Under the pieces are notes generated by a model, which saw nothing but the letters and a program-made list of their open reading frames with translations, was not told where the DNA came from and made no database searches. The translations under genes and the position numbers were made by a program. Shown one piece after another: positions 17,601 through 26,178 of a stretch of 64,000 bases of DNA (the first letter of the stretch is position 1; every line of letters starts with the position of its first letter). The stretch covers positions 16,206 through 80,205 of the IMG/VR virus record IMGVR_UViG_3300025112_000005, one strand, 5' to 3'. The stretch comes from a virus.

Positions 17601-18594
17601 GATCCGAGAGCTGCGTGGCAACGGAACCCAGGTGTTCGTGGACTCCGGCGCGTTCGGAGAGGTCAAGTTCAACGTGCCGAACAAGAAAGGCAAGCTGCCA
17701 AAGCCGGACCTGCCCATCGGCCCGTACACGGTGCGCCCCATCACACACGAGGACTGGACCACCCGACTGGCGCTCTACGACCGCATCGTGGACGCGGCGG
17801 GTGCCCAGGCGCACGTCGTCGCGCCGGACAAGATCGCCGACCAAGCGACGACGCTGGAGCGAATGCGGAAGTACGCGCCGGAGATGCAGGCGCTCCGCGA
17901 GAAGGGCGCCAACGTGCTCGCCCCGTTGCAGGGCGGCGGCGCTCTGACGCTGGCGCAGTTTGAGGACAAGGTGACCGAGGCGCTAGGCTTTGACGACTAC
18001 GTGCGGGCGATCCCGATGAAATCGAACGCCACGAGCCCCGAGGTCTTGGAGGCGTTTCTGGAGGAGCGACGCCCGAAGCGCATCCACCTGCTGGGCCTGG
18101 GGCCGAGCAGCGACGCGTTCCCCGCGATCAGGGAGATGATCCAGCGGGTCAGCCCCCATACGTCCGTTACGCTGGACAGCGTGGCAATCACGGCGGCCGT
18201 GGGTCGCCCCAAATCAAAGAAGACTGGGGAGCTGCTGGAGCCGCGCAAGCTGTCCCGGGCGACCGATTGGGTGAGACGAGAGATGAGCCCGCAATACGAC
18301 AGAGACGCCGATTACACGGACCTGATTGGCGCCCCGAGCGAGTGGATGCCGCTGGCCCAACAGCAGCGCGTTGCGCGCGACCTGGATGCGATGGGGCACG
18401 ACGGGGCTGCGTTCTTGCGCGACCCTGACGGGTGGCTCCAAGAGGACGAGGGGGACGGTGCCCCGCCGAACTACGAGCTGCCGGAGGTGGCGCACCTAAT
18501 GGATCAGGTGTGGGGCAACTGGTGGGAGGACCGGGACGAGCACACGGCGGCCGTCAAGCGCGCGGCCGTGATGGAAGCGTGGGCGGCATCGTGA
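14632..18594 (+). CDS. Giant polyvalent protein 2: zincin (HEFGH) + YaaA/DUF6884-like + TGT/DpdA-like transglycosylase fold
   Basis: HEFGH...YGSTKPEEAYAEAF; LVGCSKSK...DLY...VVSAGLG...YD; FVDSGAF, APD, LQG, IHLLG, LDS. Confidence 0.85.
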   Translation: MGGGMLTYAELIKAHAATYHGKGRRTGVPGHYSYDYDEPARRGSGRGQRKREALEAAGQLSLLGPMQPSAAPPAAREEPKPERPQLAHDHPAVSEPSARITRYDLKQAAGVRAELAKIADELEKLPNGADWRHGRARELVREVGRASTNVLRWAMKLELWDKPDHEGGLDALMSGLNRSSVLEGGPQATARRLRRIHRKLAASAKRGTEDVSHEERLETQQVGAVQLQVSRHEATPEMARSLAHDLREAQGRMKRAGFHEAYKGGRVTLKKHAREHEARYMRNGRSADTVEWNTNSLGTLGEHEETVASIVHEFGHRHYYRNLPSRAVEGWDAESARMVNVAREDVDKLADYTARFASDAQRDGATYSERLGTESAFSERVRAHITNDPDLDPETRALYTAMVGVVGEDLESRLTTTWAHPGDRQHGLDDVRKEMREKLVGAHVPVHWTTQYGSTKPEEAYAEAFKLYVMRGPRALGERTRKFFEHISSLRKAQGAFSAPLDTVMEHRKQLRAGRLVDAMDKALGVFRCRRGTPRGWRCFADLVKAYTAYRGKGTRHGSPGSYTYTYDDEPKAKAKKKGRHTVLPTWDAPERIDLTLVGCSKSKVDHDDPVAVRDLYRKDLWNKRRGFAEARSRHGTPWAVVSAGLGIVDPDTQATRYDTQVKDLKGDARSEWVRNTRESLRQKLPRGGRLEVIAGRDYVAMLREAVEGLGIELVNPLKSVGTGDGKHWLAAQTDLLNNKPAPREPEQLRPAQQQLSLFGPDDWPKKRAAPTLSAYAELRPLRKKHAAAEGAWKRVLGAAERLLVATDYAEPHTVETTRGTYKYKGGTHRPPQASGGRLAPEVTHQFAGVLPQGRLTPEKLHAGRLAAAETMARTMSLDETPAGVPRWWKAERKRFVDAVAELRGARDTYTSITRLFPGKRFETPKVGRALEKMALERRGLEREADELDIPLRRYFASGSNNAGEIRGFAALGMNVGVAVDQINSASLEAIRELRGNGTQVFVDSGAFGEVKFNVPNKKGKLPKPDLPIGPYTVRPITHEDWTTRLALYDRIVDAAGAQAHVVAPDKIADQATTLERMRKYAPEMQALREKGANVLAPLQGGGALTLAQFEDKVTEALGFDDYVRAIPMKSNATSPEVLEAFLEERRPKRIHLLGLGPSSDAFPAIREMIQRVSPHTSVTLDSVAITAAVGRPKSKKTGELLEPRKLSRATDWVRREMSPQYDRDADYTDLIGAPSEWMPLAQQQRVARDLDAMGHDGAAFLRDPDGWLQEDEGDGAPPNYELPEVAHLMDQVWGNWWEDRDEHTAAVKRAAVMEAWAAS

Positions 18595-19109
18595 ACGCCC
18601 TGGTGCCCCCGCAGGCGTGGCACGCCGAGGGGCTGGCGCTGCACGAGCGCATGAAGCTGATGCGCTATGAGCTGGCGCAGTGTGGCTGGCGCATCTGGAA
18701 GCGCCCGAAGTGGAGCACGCACGCGTTCAAGGGCACGTCTATGACGTTCCACCCGCTGCGGCTGATGGTGACCCGTGTGGGGGTCGACCTGGAAGACGAC
18801 GCCACCCCGCTCTCCGAGGCAACGCTGTTCGCGCACGAGATGGCGCACGTGCTCCAGGGCGCGGGCTCGCGCGTGCTCTGGACGCTTCGCTACCTGCTGT
18901 TCCCCGGCTTCCGGCGCGCGGTCGAAGAGGAGGCGTTCGCGCACGGGATGGCGCTCGCGCTTGCTGCGGGGCACACGGGCTGGCACTACAAGGATCCGGC
19001 TGTGTTGCGGCCCCTGTACCTGTTGAAGCGTGACGAAAGCACCGCGGAGCGTGTACACCGTCGGGCGAGGGATCTGGTAGCATCCGGCGCAGGAGGTAGC
19101 ACCCCATGA
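18591..19109 (+). CDS. Small HExxH metallopeptidase-like protein
   Basis: LFAHEMAHVLQ...EEEAF. Confidence 0.7.
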   Translation: MNALVPPQAWHAEGLALHERMKLMRYELAQCGWRIWKRPKWSTHAFKGTSMTFHPLRLMVTRVGVDLEDDATPLSEATLFAHEMAHVLQGAGSRVLWTLRYLLFPGFRRAVEEEAFAHGMALALAAGHTGWHYKDPAVLRPLYLLKRDESTAERVHRRARDLVASGAGGSTP

Positions 19110-19441
19110 GCACGTTCACGACCCGCAGCAAAGCTGCGGCCAACGTCGTCCCGCCCAACGCCGATGTGGTGGTGATGGGGAAGGCGGACCTGGGCTACCG
19201 CCCCGCGGACATGAACGCCTATTTTCAGATCCACGTCCGAGGACTGGACGCCGGGACGTATGATCTGGCGCTGTCGCTTGCCGACGACCTGGACAACTTC
19301 CGCGACCACCAGACCAACGCAACCGAGAACGACTCCGTGATCGTGGACGGGCCGTTGGTCGAGGCGTTCCGGTTCACGTTCACCGGGCTGGGCGCGGGGG
19401 CGGCCCCGATCTGCTACGTGAAGGGCCAGCGGAAGGTCTAG
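19106..19441 (+). CDS. Probable virion structural (beta-rich) protein
   Basis: GGAGG RBS; small beta-rich protein ahead of fibre genes. Confidence 0.6.
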   Translation: MSTFTTRSKAAANVVPPNADVVVMGKADLGYRPADMNAYFQIHVRGLDAGTYDLALSLADDLDNFRDHQTNATENDSVIVDGPLVEAFRFTFTGLGAGAAPICYVKGQRKV

Positions 19442-19444
19442 CGG

Positions 19445-19846
19445 GTGGCCACCCTACGCGGCGAAGTAACCGGATCCGCGAACGCCAACAACGCGGCGCG
19501 GCTGGCCACGATCTGGGGGGACGGGGTTCTTGTCTACGACACGGACGATGACCGGCTCTACGTCGGCGACGGGGAGACCGCAGGCGGTAATCCGCTCGCT
19601 GAGGGCGGGACTACGCCCATCCCCGGGCACCCGCATTTGTTTCAAGGAGATGGGGCCACGACCGTTTTCACGCTACCGTGGACCCCGTTGACGGCTTCGG
19701 CCCGTGTGTGCCGAAACGGCTTGCAGATCGAGCGAAGCCCGACGCCTGGGGATAAGGACGAATTCCTGATCGCCGGTAACAAAATCACTTTCGGGGCTCC
19801 CCCCGGTACGCTGGACCGTCTTTCGGTCTCGGCGTGGACCCGCTAG
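19445..19846 (+). CDS. Fibre-associated protein (Mtd/hyaluronidase N-terminal-like motif plus small beta domain)
   Basis: GVLVYDTDDDRLYVGDGETAGG; GDGATTVFTL...RNGL. Confidence 0.7.
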   Translation: MATLRGEVTGSANANNAARLATIWGDGVLVYDTDDDRLYVGDGETAGGNPLAEGGTTPIPGHPHLFQGDGATTVFTLPWTPLTASARVCRNGLQIERSPTPGDKDEFLIAGNKITFGAPPGTLDRLSVSAWTR

Positions 19847-19866
19847 AGCGAGAGGGAAAGCAGCAC

Positions 19867-21942
19867 ATGGCCATCAAGATCGCCAGCGACCAGATTCAGG
19901 ACAACGCCGTCCTGACTGCCGCGATCACCGACACCGCGGTCACCGCGGCGAAGCTCGCCAGCGGCGCCGCCGTCGCCAACGTCGGCACGGGCGGCATCAG
20001 CTCCACGGAGCTGGGGTCCGACTCCGTGACGCAGGCCAAGATGGCCGACGACTCAGTGGGCACCGCGGAGATGATCGACGCCAACGTGACCGCCGCCAAG
20101 CTGGCGTCGGGCGCTGCCGTGTCCAACATCGGCGCGGGTGGCATCACCAGCAACGAGATGGGCTCCACGGCCAAGAACAGCGCGCTCGCGTCGAAGGCGT
20201 GGATGGAGGAGGTGGTCAGCGCCGACGAGTCGAACCCGTCCGCGTCGTCCGTCGACATCAAAACTTCGCTGAGCTTCGGCACCACCACGGGAGTGGGCGG
20301 CGCCACCATCGGCGCCACCGCGGGCATCCCGGTGCTGATCGAAGAGACGGGTGGCGCCGACTCCGGCGACTGGAACAACACGGACTCCCGCCCCGCTGCC
20401 ATCGGCGGCGACGCGAAGCTCTACCGCTGCGAAGTCTTCAGCACCGCGGGTGAGGAGATCGTGGACGCGAACGAAAAGCGCGTCTGGGCGGTGATCACGT
20501 GTGACGGCACCCGCCTGACCACCGACGCCTACACCCTGCGCTTCATGTCCGGCGAGTACGGATCCGGCAACGAGGGGGCGTACACGATGGCACAAGCGTT
20601 CTTCATCGTGTACCCCCAGGTGACCGACCTGTCGAACATGACCCTGGGCTCCAACCGCCTGGGCATCGTCTCGATCAGCAAGGAAGCCGCGGGCATCGCC
20701 ACCGGCCAGATCGGGACGGGGGAGCTGGCCCTCGACGCCGTGACCCAGGCGAAGATGGCCGACGACTCAGTGGGCACCGCGGAGATCCTGAACGCGAACG
20801 TGACCGCCGCCAAGCTGGCGTCGGGCGCGGCCGTCTCCAACATCGGCGCGGGTGGCATCACCAGCAACGAGCTGGGCACGGGCTCAGTGATCGCGGGCAA
20901 GATCGCGACGGGCGGCGTTTCGGCGGCGGCTCAGCTCGCCGCAAACGTGGTCGAGACCGCGAAGATCCTCGACGCCAACGTCACGGCGGCGAAGCTCGCC
21001 AGCGGCGCGGCCGTCTCCAACGTCGGCGCGGGCGGCATCACTAGCAACGAGCTGGCCACGGGTTCGGTGATCGCGGGCAAGATCGCGACGGGTGGCGTTT
21101 CGGCCGCGGCTCAGCTCGCCGCAAACGTGGTCGAGACCGCGAAGATCCTCGACGCCAACGTCACGGCGGCGAAGCTCGCCAGCGGCGCGGCCGTCTCCAA
21201 CGTCGGCGCGGGCGGCATCACCAGCAACGAGCTGGCCGCGGGTTCGGTGACCGAGGCGAAGATGGGCAGCTTGCTGCTGTCCCAGATCCGCAACACCGAG
21301 TCGGTTGGCCCGCTGGAGACCAAGCTCGGTGGCATTCTAGGCAGCGGCGCGGCGTCCCTCGCCGCGGAGACTGCGCTGGCCGTCTCCGAGAAGGCCGCGC
21401 CGGACATGAGCGTGGACGTGGCCGCGGGCACGTCGTTCAACGAGAACGGCGACCGCTTCGTGCTGACCACCCTCCAGAACGTCTCGGTGAGCGCGGCGCC
21501 CACGGCCGGCAACAGCCGGTACGACGTGGTGGTCATGTACGGTGACGAGCTGGTTACGATCCGTGCGGGCACCCCCGCCGCCACGGGCTCGCACACCGAG
21601 CCGACCCTGACCACGGGCGACGTGAAGCTGGCCGTGGTCGACGTGGAGAACGGCGACACGACGATCGTGGATGCCAACATCTACGACCACCGTCGTCGTG
21701 CCAACTGCACCCGCGTGGCGGAGAAGTTCGCCCCGTCGGGCTCGGACGTGACACTGGCTTTCCGCACCCGCCGCGGCGACCCCCAGGTCTTCCGCAACGG
21801 TCTGCGCGGTGAGCAGGTCGCGGCGGCTGCGACCGATGCTGACCAGTACACCGTCGACCAGCTCCCCGAGCAGGACGCGACCATGATCACGTTCGGCGCG
21901 TCGGTCAGCGGGGACACCATCCTCGTGGACTACGAGGGCTGA
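19867..21942 (+). CDS. Repetitive head/collar fibre protein
   Basis: Repeated VTAAKLASGAAVSNxGAGGITSNEL units; C-terminal RYDVVV and FRNGL motifs. Confidence 0.8.
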   Translation: MAIKIASDQIQDNAVLTAAITDTAVTAAKLASGAAVANVGTGGISSTELGSDSVTQAKMADDSVGTAEMIDANVTAAKLASGAAVSNIGAGGITSNEMGSTAKNSALASKAWMEEVVSADESNPSASSVDIKTSLSFGTTTGVGGATIGATAGIPVLIEETGGADSGDWNNTDSRPAAIGGDAKLYRCEVFSTAGEEIVDANEKRVWAVITCDGTRLTTDAYTLRFMSGEYGSGNEGAYTMAQAFFIVYPQVTDLSNMTLGSNRLGIVSISKEAAGIATGQIGTGELALDAVTQAKMADDSVGTAEILNANVTAAKLASGAAVSNIGAGGITSNELGTGSVIAGKIATGGVSAAAQLAANVVETAKILDANVTAAKLASGAAVSNVGAGGITSNELATGSVIAGKIATGGVSAAAQLAANVVETAKILDANVTAAKLASGAAVSNVGAGGITSNELAAGSVTEAKMGSLLLSQIRNTESVGPLETKLGGILGSGAASLAAETALAVSEKAAPDMSVDVAAGTSFNENGDRFVLTTLQNVSVSAAPTAGNSRYDVVVMYGDELVTIRAGTPAATGSHTEPTLTTGDVKLAVVDVENGDTTIVDANIYDHRRRANCTRVAEKFAPSGSDVTLAFRTRRGDPQVFRNGLRGEQVAAAATDADQYTVDQLPEQDATMITFGASVSGDTILVDYEG
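20800..21250 (+). repeat. 180-bp (60-aa) tandem repeats in the fibre gene
   Basis: Near-identical 180-bp units starting near 20810, 20990 and 21170. Confidence 0.9.
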
Positions 21943-22002
21943 TCCGGGTCACCATCACCACGACCGGGGCTCGCCCCCCGGCACCAGCCTGGGGTCGAGT
22001 AA

Positions 22003-25000
22003 ATGAGTGGTGGCCGTGTCTATCGCGAGCGGGAGGCGGAGGGGCAGCTCGGCTTGTTTGGCCAGATGGTCCAGCAGGCGAAGCAGAAGAAGCCCCCCGC
22101 GCCCCGACCCCCCTCCCCCAAGCCGTCGGCCCCCCGCCCCCCTGCGGGCTACCACCCTGCGCCCCGGAGCCGTAAGAGCGGCTGGACGGACGGGCACGGG
22201 CACTACTGGTACGCGACCGGGCAGCACAACCACGCGAGCGGCGGCGAGGAGCACCCCGAAGCCGAGGAGATGGAGAACGACCGGGCGATCGACCTGCACG
22301 ACGACCAGATCCACGAGGAGCTGAACAACGGGCGTAGCTCGCAGCTCCGGCGCCGGAAGCTGAACCGGGAGAAGCGCCTACGCGCGAGCGCCGAGGAGCG
22401 CAGGCAGGCGGCGGAGAAGCCGAAGATCGGGCGCGTCGAGCACCCGAAGCCCGAGGAGCCCAAGCGCGGACGCGACGAGCTGGTGGAGGATGTGGACGTT
22501 CAGTCCTACCCACACAAGCGCGGAGCAAAGCACTATGTGCGCGGAGCGTCGCGAGATGCGGTGCTGGTGAGGCTCCGCGAGATGGGGGCTTCGGAGGGTC
22601 AAATCGAGTGGGGGCGGGAGGGCACACGGGAAGGGGCGTACCTGGGGCGGTACGTAGGAGAGTGGAACGAGCTGACGCCGAAGCCCGAGGAGCCCAAGCG
22701 CGGACGCGACGAGCTGGTGGAGACGGCCGAGGAGCCCCAGCCCGAGCCCCCCGAGGCGCCCGGTGAGCCCCCGCCCCAGGTAGAGCCGCCCGAGCCCGAG
22801 AAGGAGGGCGAGAGCGGGTGGGAGGAGTGGCGAAAGAAGCACCCGGAGCACACCGACGCGGAGCGGTTCCACCGAGCTGAAGCACAGCGCACCGGCAGCG
22901 CCACGCACGAACAGGCGGCGCACGCTCACCAGACGGCCCGCCGAATCGGGGGCTACCACAAGGCCCGCGCGTGGGACATGTCCCGGCTGGCGTTCGACGA
23001 GAAGCCGAAGCCGCTGGTGGAGGAGCCGCCCGAGCCGGAGGCGCCCAAGGCCGAAGACGCGGACCTGACGCACGCAAAGCAGCTCATGCGAGACCACATG
23101 ACGCGTGCCGAGGAGTACCGGAAGCACGACGGCGCCGAGGAGGTTGTGCGCGCGCACAGCGCGGCGGCTGTGCTCTGGTCGCGCGTCGCCATCGGGGATG
23201 CCGACCGCGGCGATGCCATCGACGCGACCGCGGCGGCAGGCAAGGCGGAGCTGGCGTACACGGCTACCCCCCCCGCGGGGCCGGTGGAACCCCCTCGCGA
23301 GGAACCACCGGCCCCGCTCCCCCCGCCCAAAGGTATGCCCTTGCCTGATCCCTATCGTATCCGCACGGCGGGGGAGTATGCCCGGCTCCCTGTTGGGAGT
23401 GTGGTGGAGAAGAAGGGGGGCGGCGTGTATGTGAAGACGCCCCAGGGGGGATGGGTGCATCAGCACCCAGACACCGGCCTGCACGACAGCGGCGGCGGTC
23501 CGGGGGGTGAAACGAAGGTGCTCGACGAAAAAGAGGGGTTGCTCTCGCTCGTATCTCACGCCCAGGTGTTGCCCGATGTGGTTCATATCCCGGTGCCGGG
23601 GAAGACGTCTGAAGACGCCCACCGGGTGGGCGCGTTCCTGTTGAGCGAGGAGGGTCGCGAGGCGCTGGCCTCTCGCGGCGTTCGTGCCTCTGGCATGTCG
23701 CTTGGTCCCGGCAATTCAATGATCTTCGTACACCGGACCCACGAAAAGCGCCCCGCCGACCCCCCCAGCGGTGTCGACACGCACGCGGGCGCGGTCAAGG
23801 CCGCGCGCTACGCGGACGGCGCGTTGCGCATCCCGATTCCGGCGCACGAGGGGGGGGCGAAGGCGGGCGCGAAGGCGCTGGGGATGTGGCTGATGGGGGC
23901 GGAGGGGCGCGCGGCGTTGGTGGCGCAAGCCGACCAGCTCGACGTGGTGCCCAACCTGCGCAAGATCCGCATCCAGAACGGGGAGATGGCGATCCTCGCG
24001 CGCCCGCTCACGGAGGCGGAGCTGAAGCAGCGGCGCGACGCGGCCAAGAAGCGCACACGGGGGCCGACGACGGGGGGCGGCGCGGCCCGCGGCATCGACC
24101 GGACGCGCGAGGCGGCGCTGGCCGCCCGCGGGCAGGACGGCAAGACCGTGGCCGCCCAGGTCGAGAAGGATGAGCGTGATTGGGGCGAGAAGATCGGCGG
24201 TGCGGCAAAGGACCGCTGGGACGCCGTGCACAGCCGCAACCTGGGCGCGATGGAAGAGGAGGAGGGCGCGGAGTTCGCCCACAAGCACGTGACCAAGGCG
24301 CGCGTGCTGGGCTCCCATGACCCCGAGCACGACAAGGCGCTGGGGTCGACCCCGGGCGCGAGCCTCATCAAGCGCGAGCTGTTCAAGAAGGTGGCCCCGC
24401 GGCCCGAGAACAGCCCCGGGCACCGGAGCAACTACGTCGCCGGCTGCGATTGGCTGGCGAAGATGATGGACGTGCTGCACCACGAGGACGATGTGGCGTC
24501 GTTCTTGGAGGACTGGAAGACCGTCGCGGTTGAGGGGACCGAGCGGGACGTAGACGCGAAGACGTTCGCGGATCTGCGCGAGACGCTGGGCATTGTTCTT
24601 TGGAATAGGATGCACGTCATAGACCATCACGCCGCCCCCGGTCGCTGGAGGAAGTTTAGCGCGCAGGGCCAATGGTGGGCGCTGCCTGCTACGGAGGCCC
24701 CCGGGGGCAGCTTCAAAGTGCTGCACCACGAAGGCGAATTTACGCCGCGCGAACAGGCGGAGTGGTTGGTTGCCGAGCCCAAGCGCCGGGACGAGCTGCG
24801 CGCGCTGAAGAAATCGCGCGGGTCGTGGGCGCTCCATCGTCGGACGCAGGACACGGAGCGGCTACAGCGGTACGCACGGGCGTTGGGCGGGTCGTTCAAC
24901 ACCCAGCTCACCAACAGCACATCGGGAAACAAGGATTCGGCGCTGTGGGTGCGGGTGAAGCAGGCACGGGCGGGTAGCACGGCTTGGGAGGATCTGGGCG

Positions 25001-26178
25001 TCGGCGTCGACAAGGAGAAGAAGAAGCGCGACAAGAAGGGCAACGCGCCCCGCAGCTCCCACAAGTGGAAGGGCAGCGTGGAGGGCGCGGAGCGCAAGGG
25101 CGGCCCGGCTGTCCCCGCAGTGATCACCGAGGAGAAGCTGGCGGCCGACTTCGGCATCAAGCGCGGCGAGTACGGGCGCAGCATCGGGAGCACGGGGGAG
25201 CTGCACCTGCGCAAGTGCTACGAGGCGTTCACGGATCTGGCGGACCTGCTGGGGCTCGACGCGCCCCAGATGGGGAACGGCGGCGAGCTGGCGATGGCGT
25301 TCGGCGCACGCGGGCGCGGCGGAGCCCGAGCGCACTACGAGACGGTGCGGAAGGTGATCAACATCACCAAGATGGCGGCGGGGTCGTTGGCTCACGAGTG
25401 GGGGCATTACCTGGACGACCTGATGGGGGGGGCGGGGCTGACCGAGGTGAAGGGGCGGACGCAAGCGCAGTTCGCCAGCCACGGCCCCGAGCAGTACGCC
25501 GAGGCGCTGGACCCGAAGCTCAAAGAGGCGATGATGGCGGTGCGCGCGGCCATTTTGAGCAAGGACCCGGAGGCGTCGCGACTTCGTGACAAGGCGCTGG
25601 AAAAGGCCCGGGGGCTGCACAGAGAAGCGCGCGAAGCATTCGACCAGCTCCGTGCGCTGTCGTACGGGGAGAAGCAAGGGGAGAAGGGTAGGGCGTTAGG
25701 ACTGAAGCGCGAAGAGCTTCGGGTGCAGGCGGCGGCGGCGGACAGGGTGGCGGCGCAGCTCAAGGAGAAGGCGGAGAAGCCGAGCAAGTACGCGGCGGAC
25801 GCCAAGAAGCTGGGCGGCTATTGGGAGCGCCCGCACGAGATGTTCGCGCGCGCGTTCGAGTCGTTCATTGAGGATTCGCTGGTCGAGCGCGGGCGTGTGT
25901 CCGACTACCTCGTGCAAGGGACCAAGCCGCTGCGCGACCTGTGGAAGAAGACCAAGGAGAAGGAAGGCCCGTTGTGGGACCGCACCGAGGTGGAGAAGAA
26001 GCACGAGGCGCTGGAGCCGTATCCGCAAGGGGATGAGCGGACGCGGATCAACACGGCGATGCGCGAGCTGGTGGAGGCGCTGAAGGGCTCGGATCACTTG
26101 CGCAAAGGCTTGACCAGCTACGTCTATGGAAGCATCTTCGGCCAGATGGTGGCTGACCGACTGCTGGGGGTTACGTGA
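22003..26178 (+). CDS. Giant polyvalent protein 3: LPD5-like + LPD1 (zincin-related) domains
   Basis: DWGEKIGGAAKD; LAMAFGARG...AHYE...SLAHEWGHYLD; YWERPHEMFARAFE...PYPQGDER. Confidence 0.85.
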   Translation: MSGGRVYREREAEGQLGLFGQMVQQAKQKKPPAPRPPSPKPSAPRPPAGYHPAPRSRKSGWTDGHGHYWYATGQHNHASGGEEHPEAEEMENDRAIDLHDDQIHEELNNGRSSQLRRRKLNREKRLRASAEERRQAAEKPKIGRVEHPKPEEPKRGRDELVEDVDVQSYPHKRGAKHYVRGASRDAVLVRLREMGASEGQIEWGREGTREGAYLGRYVGEWNELTPKPEEPKRGRDELVETAEEPQPEPPEAPGEPPPQVEPPEPEKEGESGWEEWRKKHPEHTDAERFHRAEAQRTGSATHEQAAHAHQTARRIGGYHKARAWDMSRLAFDEKPKPLVEEPPEPEAPKAEDADLTHAKQLMRDHMTRAEEYRKHDGAEEVVRAHSAAAVLWSRVAIGDADRGDAIDATAAAGKAELAYTATPPAGPVEPPREEPPAPLPPPKGMPLPDPYRIRTAGEYARLPVGSVVEKKGGGVYVKTPQGGWVHQHPDTGLHDSGGGPGGETKVLDEKEGLLSLVSHAQVLPDVVHIPVPGKTSEDAHRVGAFLLSEEGREALASRGVRASGMSLGPGNSMIFVHRTHEKRPADPPSGVDTHAGAVKAARYADGALRIPIPAHEGGAKAGAKALGMWLMGAEGRAALVAQADQLDVVPNLRKIRIQNGEMAILARPLTEAELKQRRDAAKKRTRGPTTGGGAARGIDRTREAALAARGQDGKTVAAQVEKDERDWGEKIGGAAKDRWDAVHSRNLGAMEEEEGAEFAHKHVTKARVLGSHDPEHDKALGSTPGASLIKRELFKKVAPRPENSPGHRSNYVAGCDWLAKMMDVLHHEDDVASFLEDWKTVAVEGTERDVDAKTFADLRETLGIVLWNRMHVIDHHAAPGRWRKFSAQGQWWALPATEAPGGSFKVLHHEGEFTPREQAEWLVAEPKRRDELRALKKSRGSWALHRRTQDTERLQRYARALGGSFNTQLTNSTSGNKDSALWVRVKQARAGSTAWEDLGVGVDKEKKKRDKKGNAPRSSHKWKGSVEGAERKGGPAVPAVITEEKLAADFGIKRGEYGRSIGSTGELHLRKCYEAFTDLADLLGLDAPQMGNGGELAMAFGARGRGGARAHYETVRKVINITKMAAGSLAHEWGHYLDDLMGGAGLTEVKGRTQAQFASHGPEQYAEALDPKLKEAMMAVRAAILSKDPEASRLRDKALEKARGLHREAREAFDQLRALSYGEKQGEKGRALGLKREELRVQAAAADRVAAQLKEKAEKPSKYAADAKKLGGYWERPHEMFARAFESFIEDSLVERGRVSDYLVQGTKPLRDLWKKTKEKEGPLWDRTEVEKKHEALEPYPQGDERTRINTAMRELVEALKGSDHLRKGLTSYVYGSIFGQMVADRLLGVT
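22444..22722 (+). repeat. 45-bp perfect direct repeat flanking a 189-bp in-frame insert
   Basis: CCGAAGCCCGAGGAGCCCAAGCGCGGACGCGACGAGCTGGTGGAG at 22444-22488 and 22678-22722. Confidence 0.95.
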
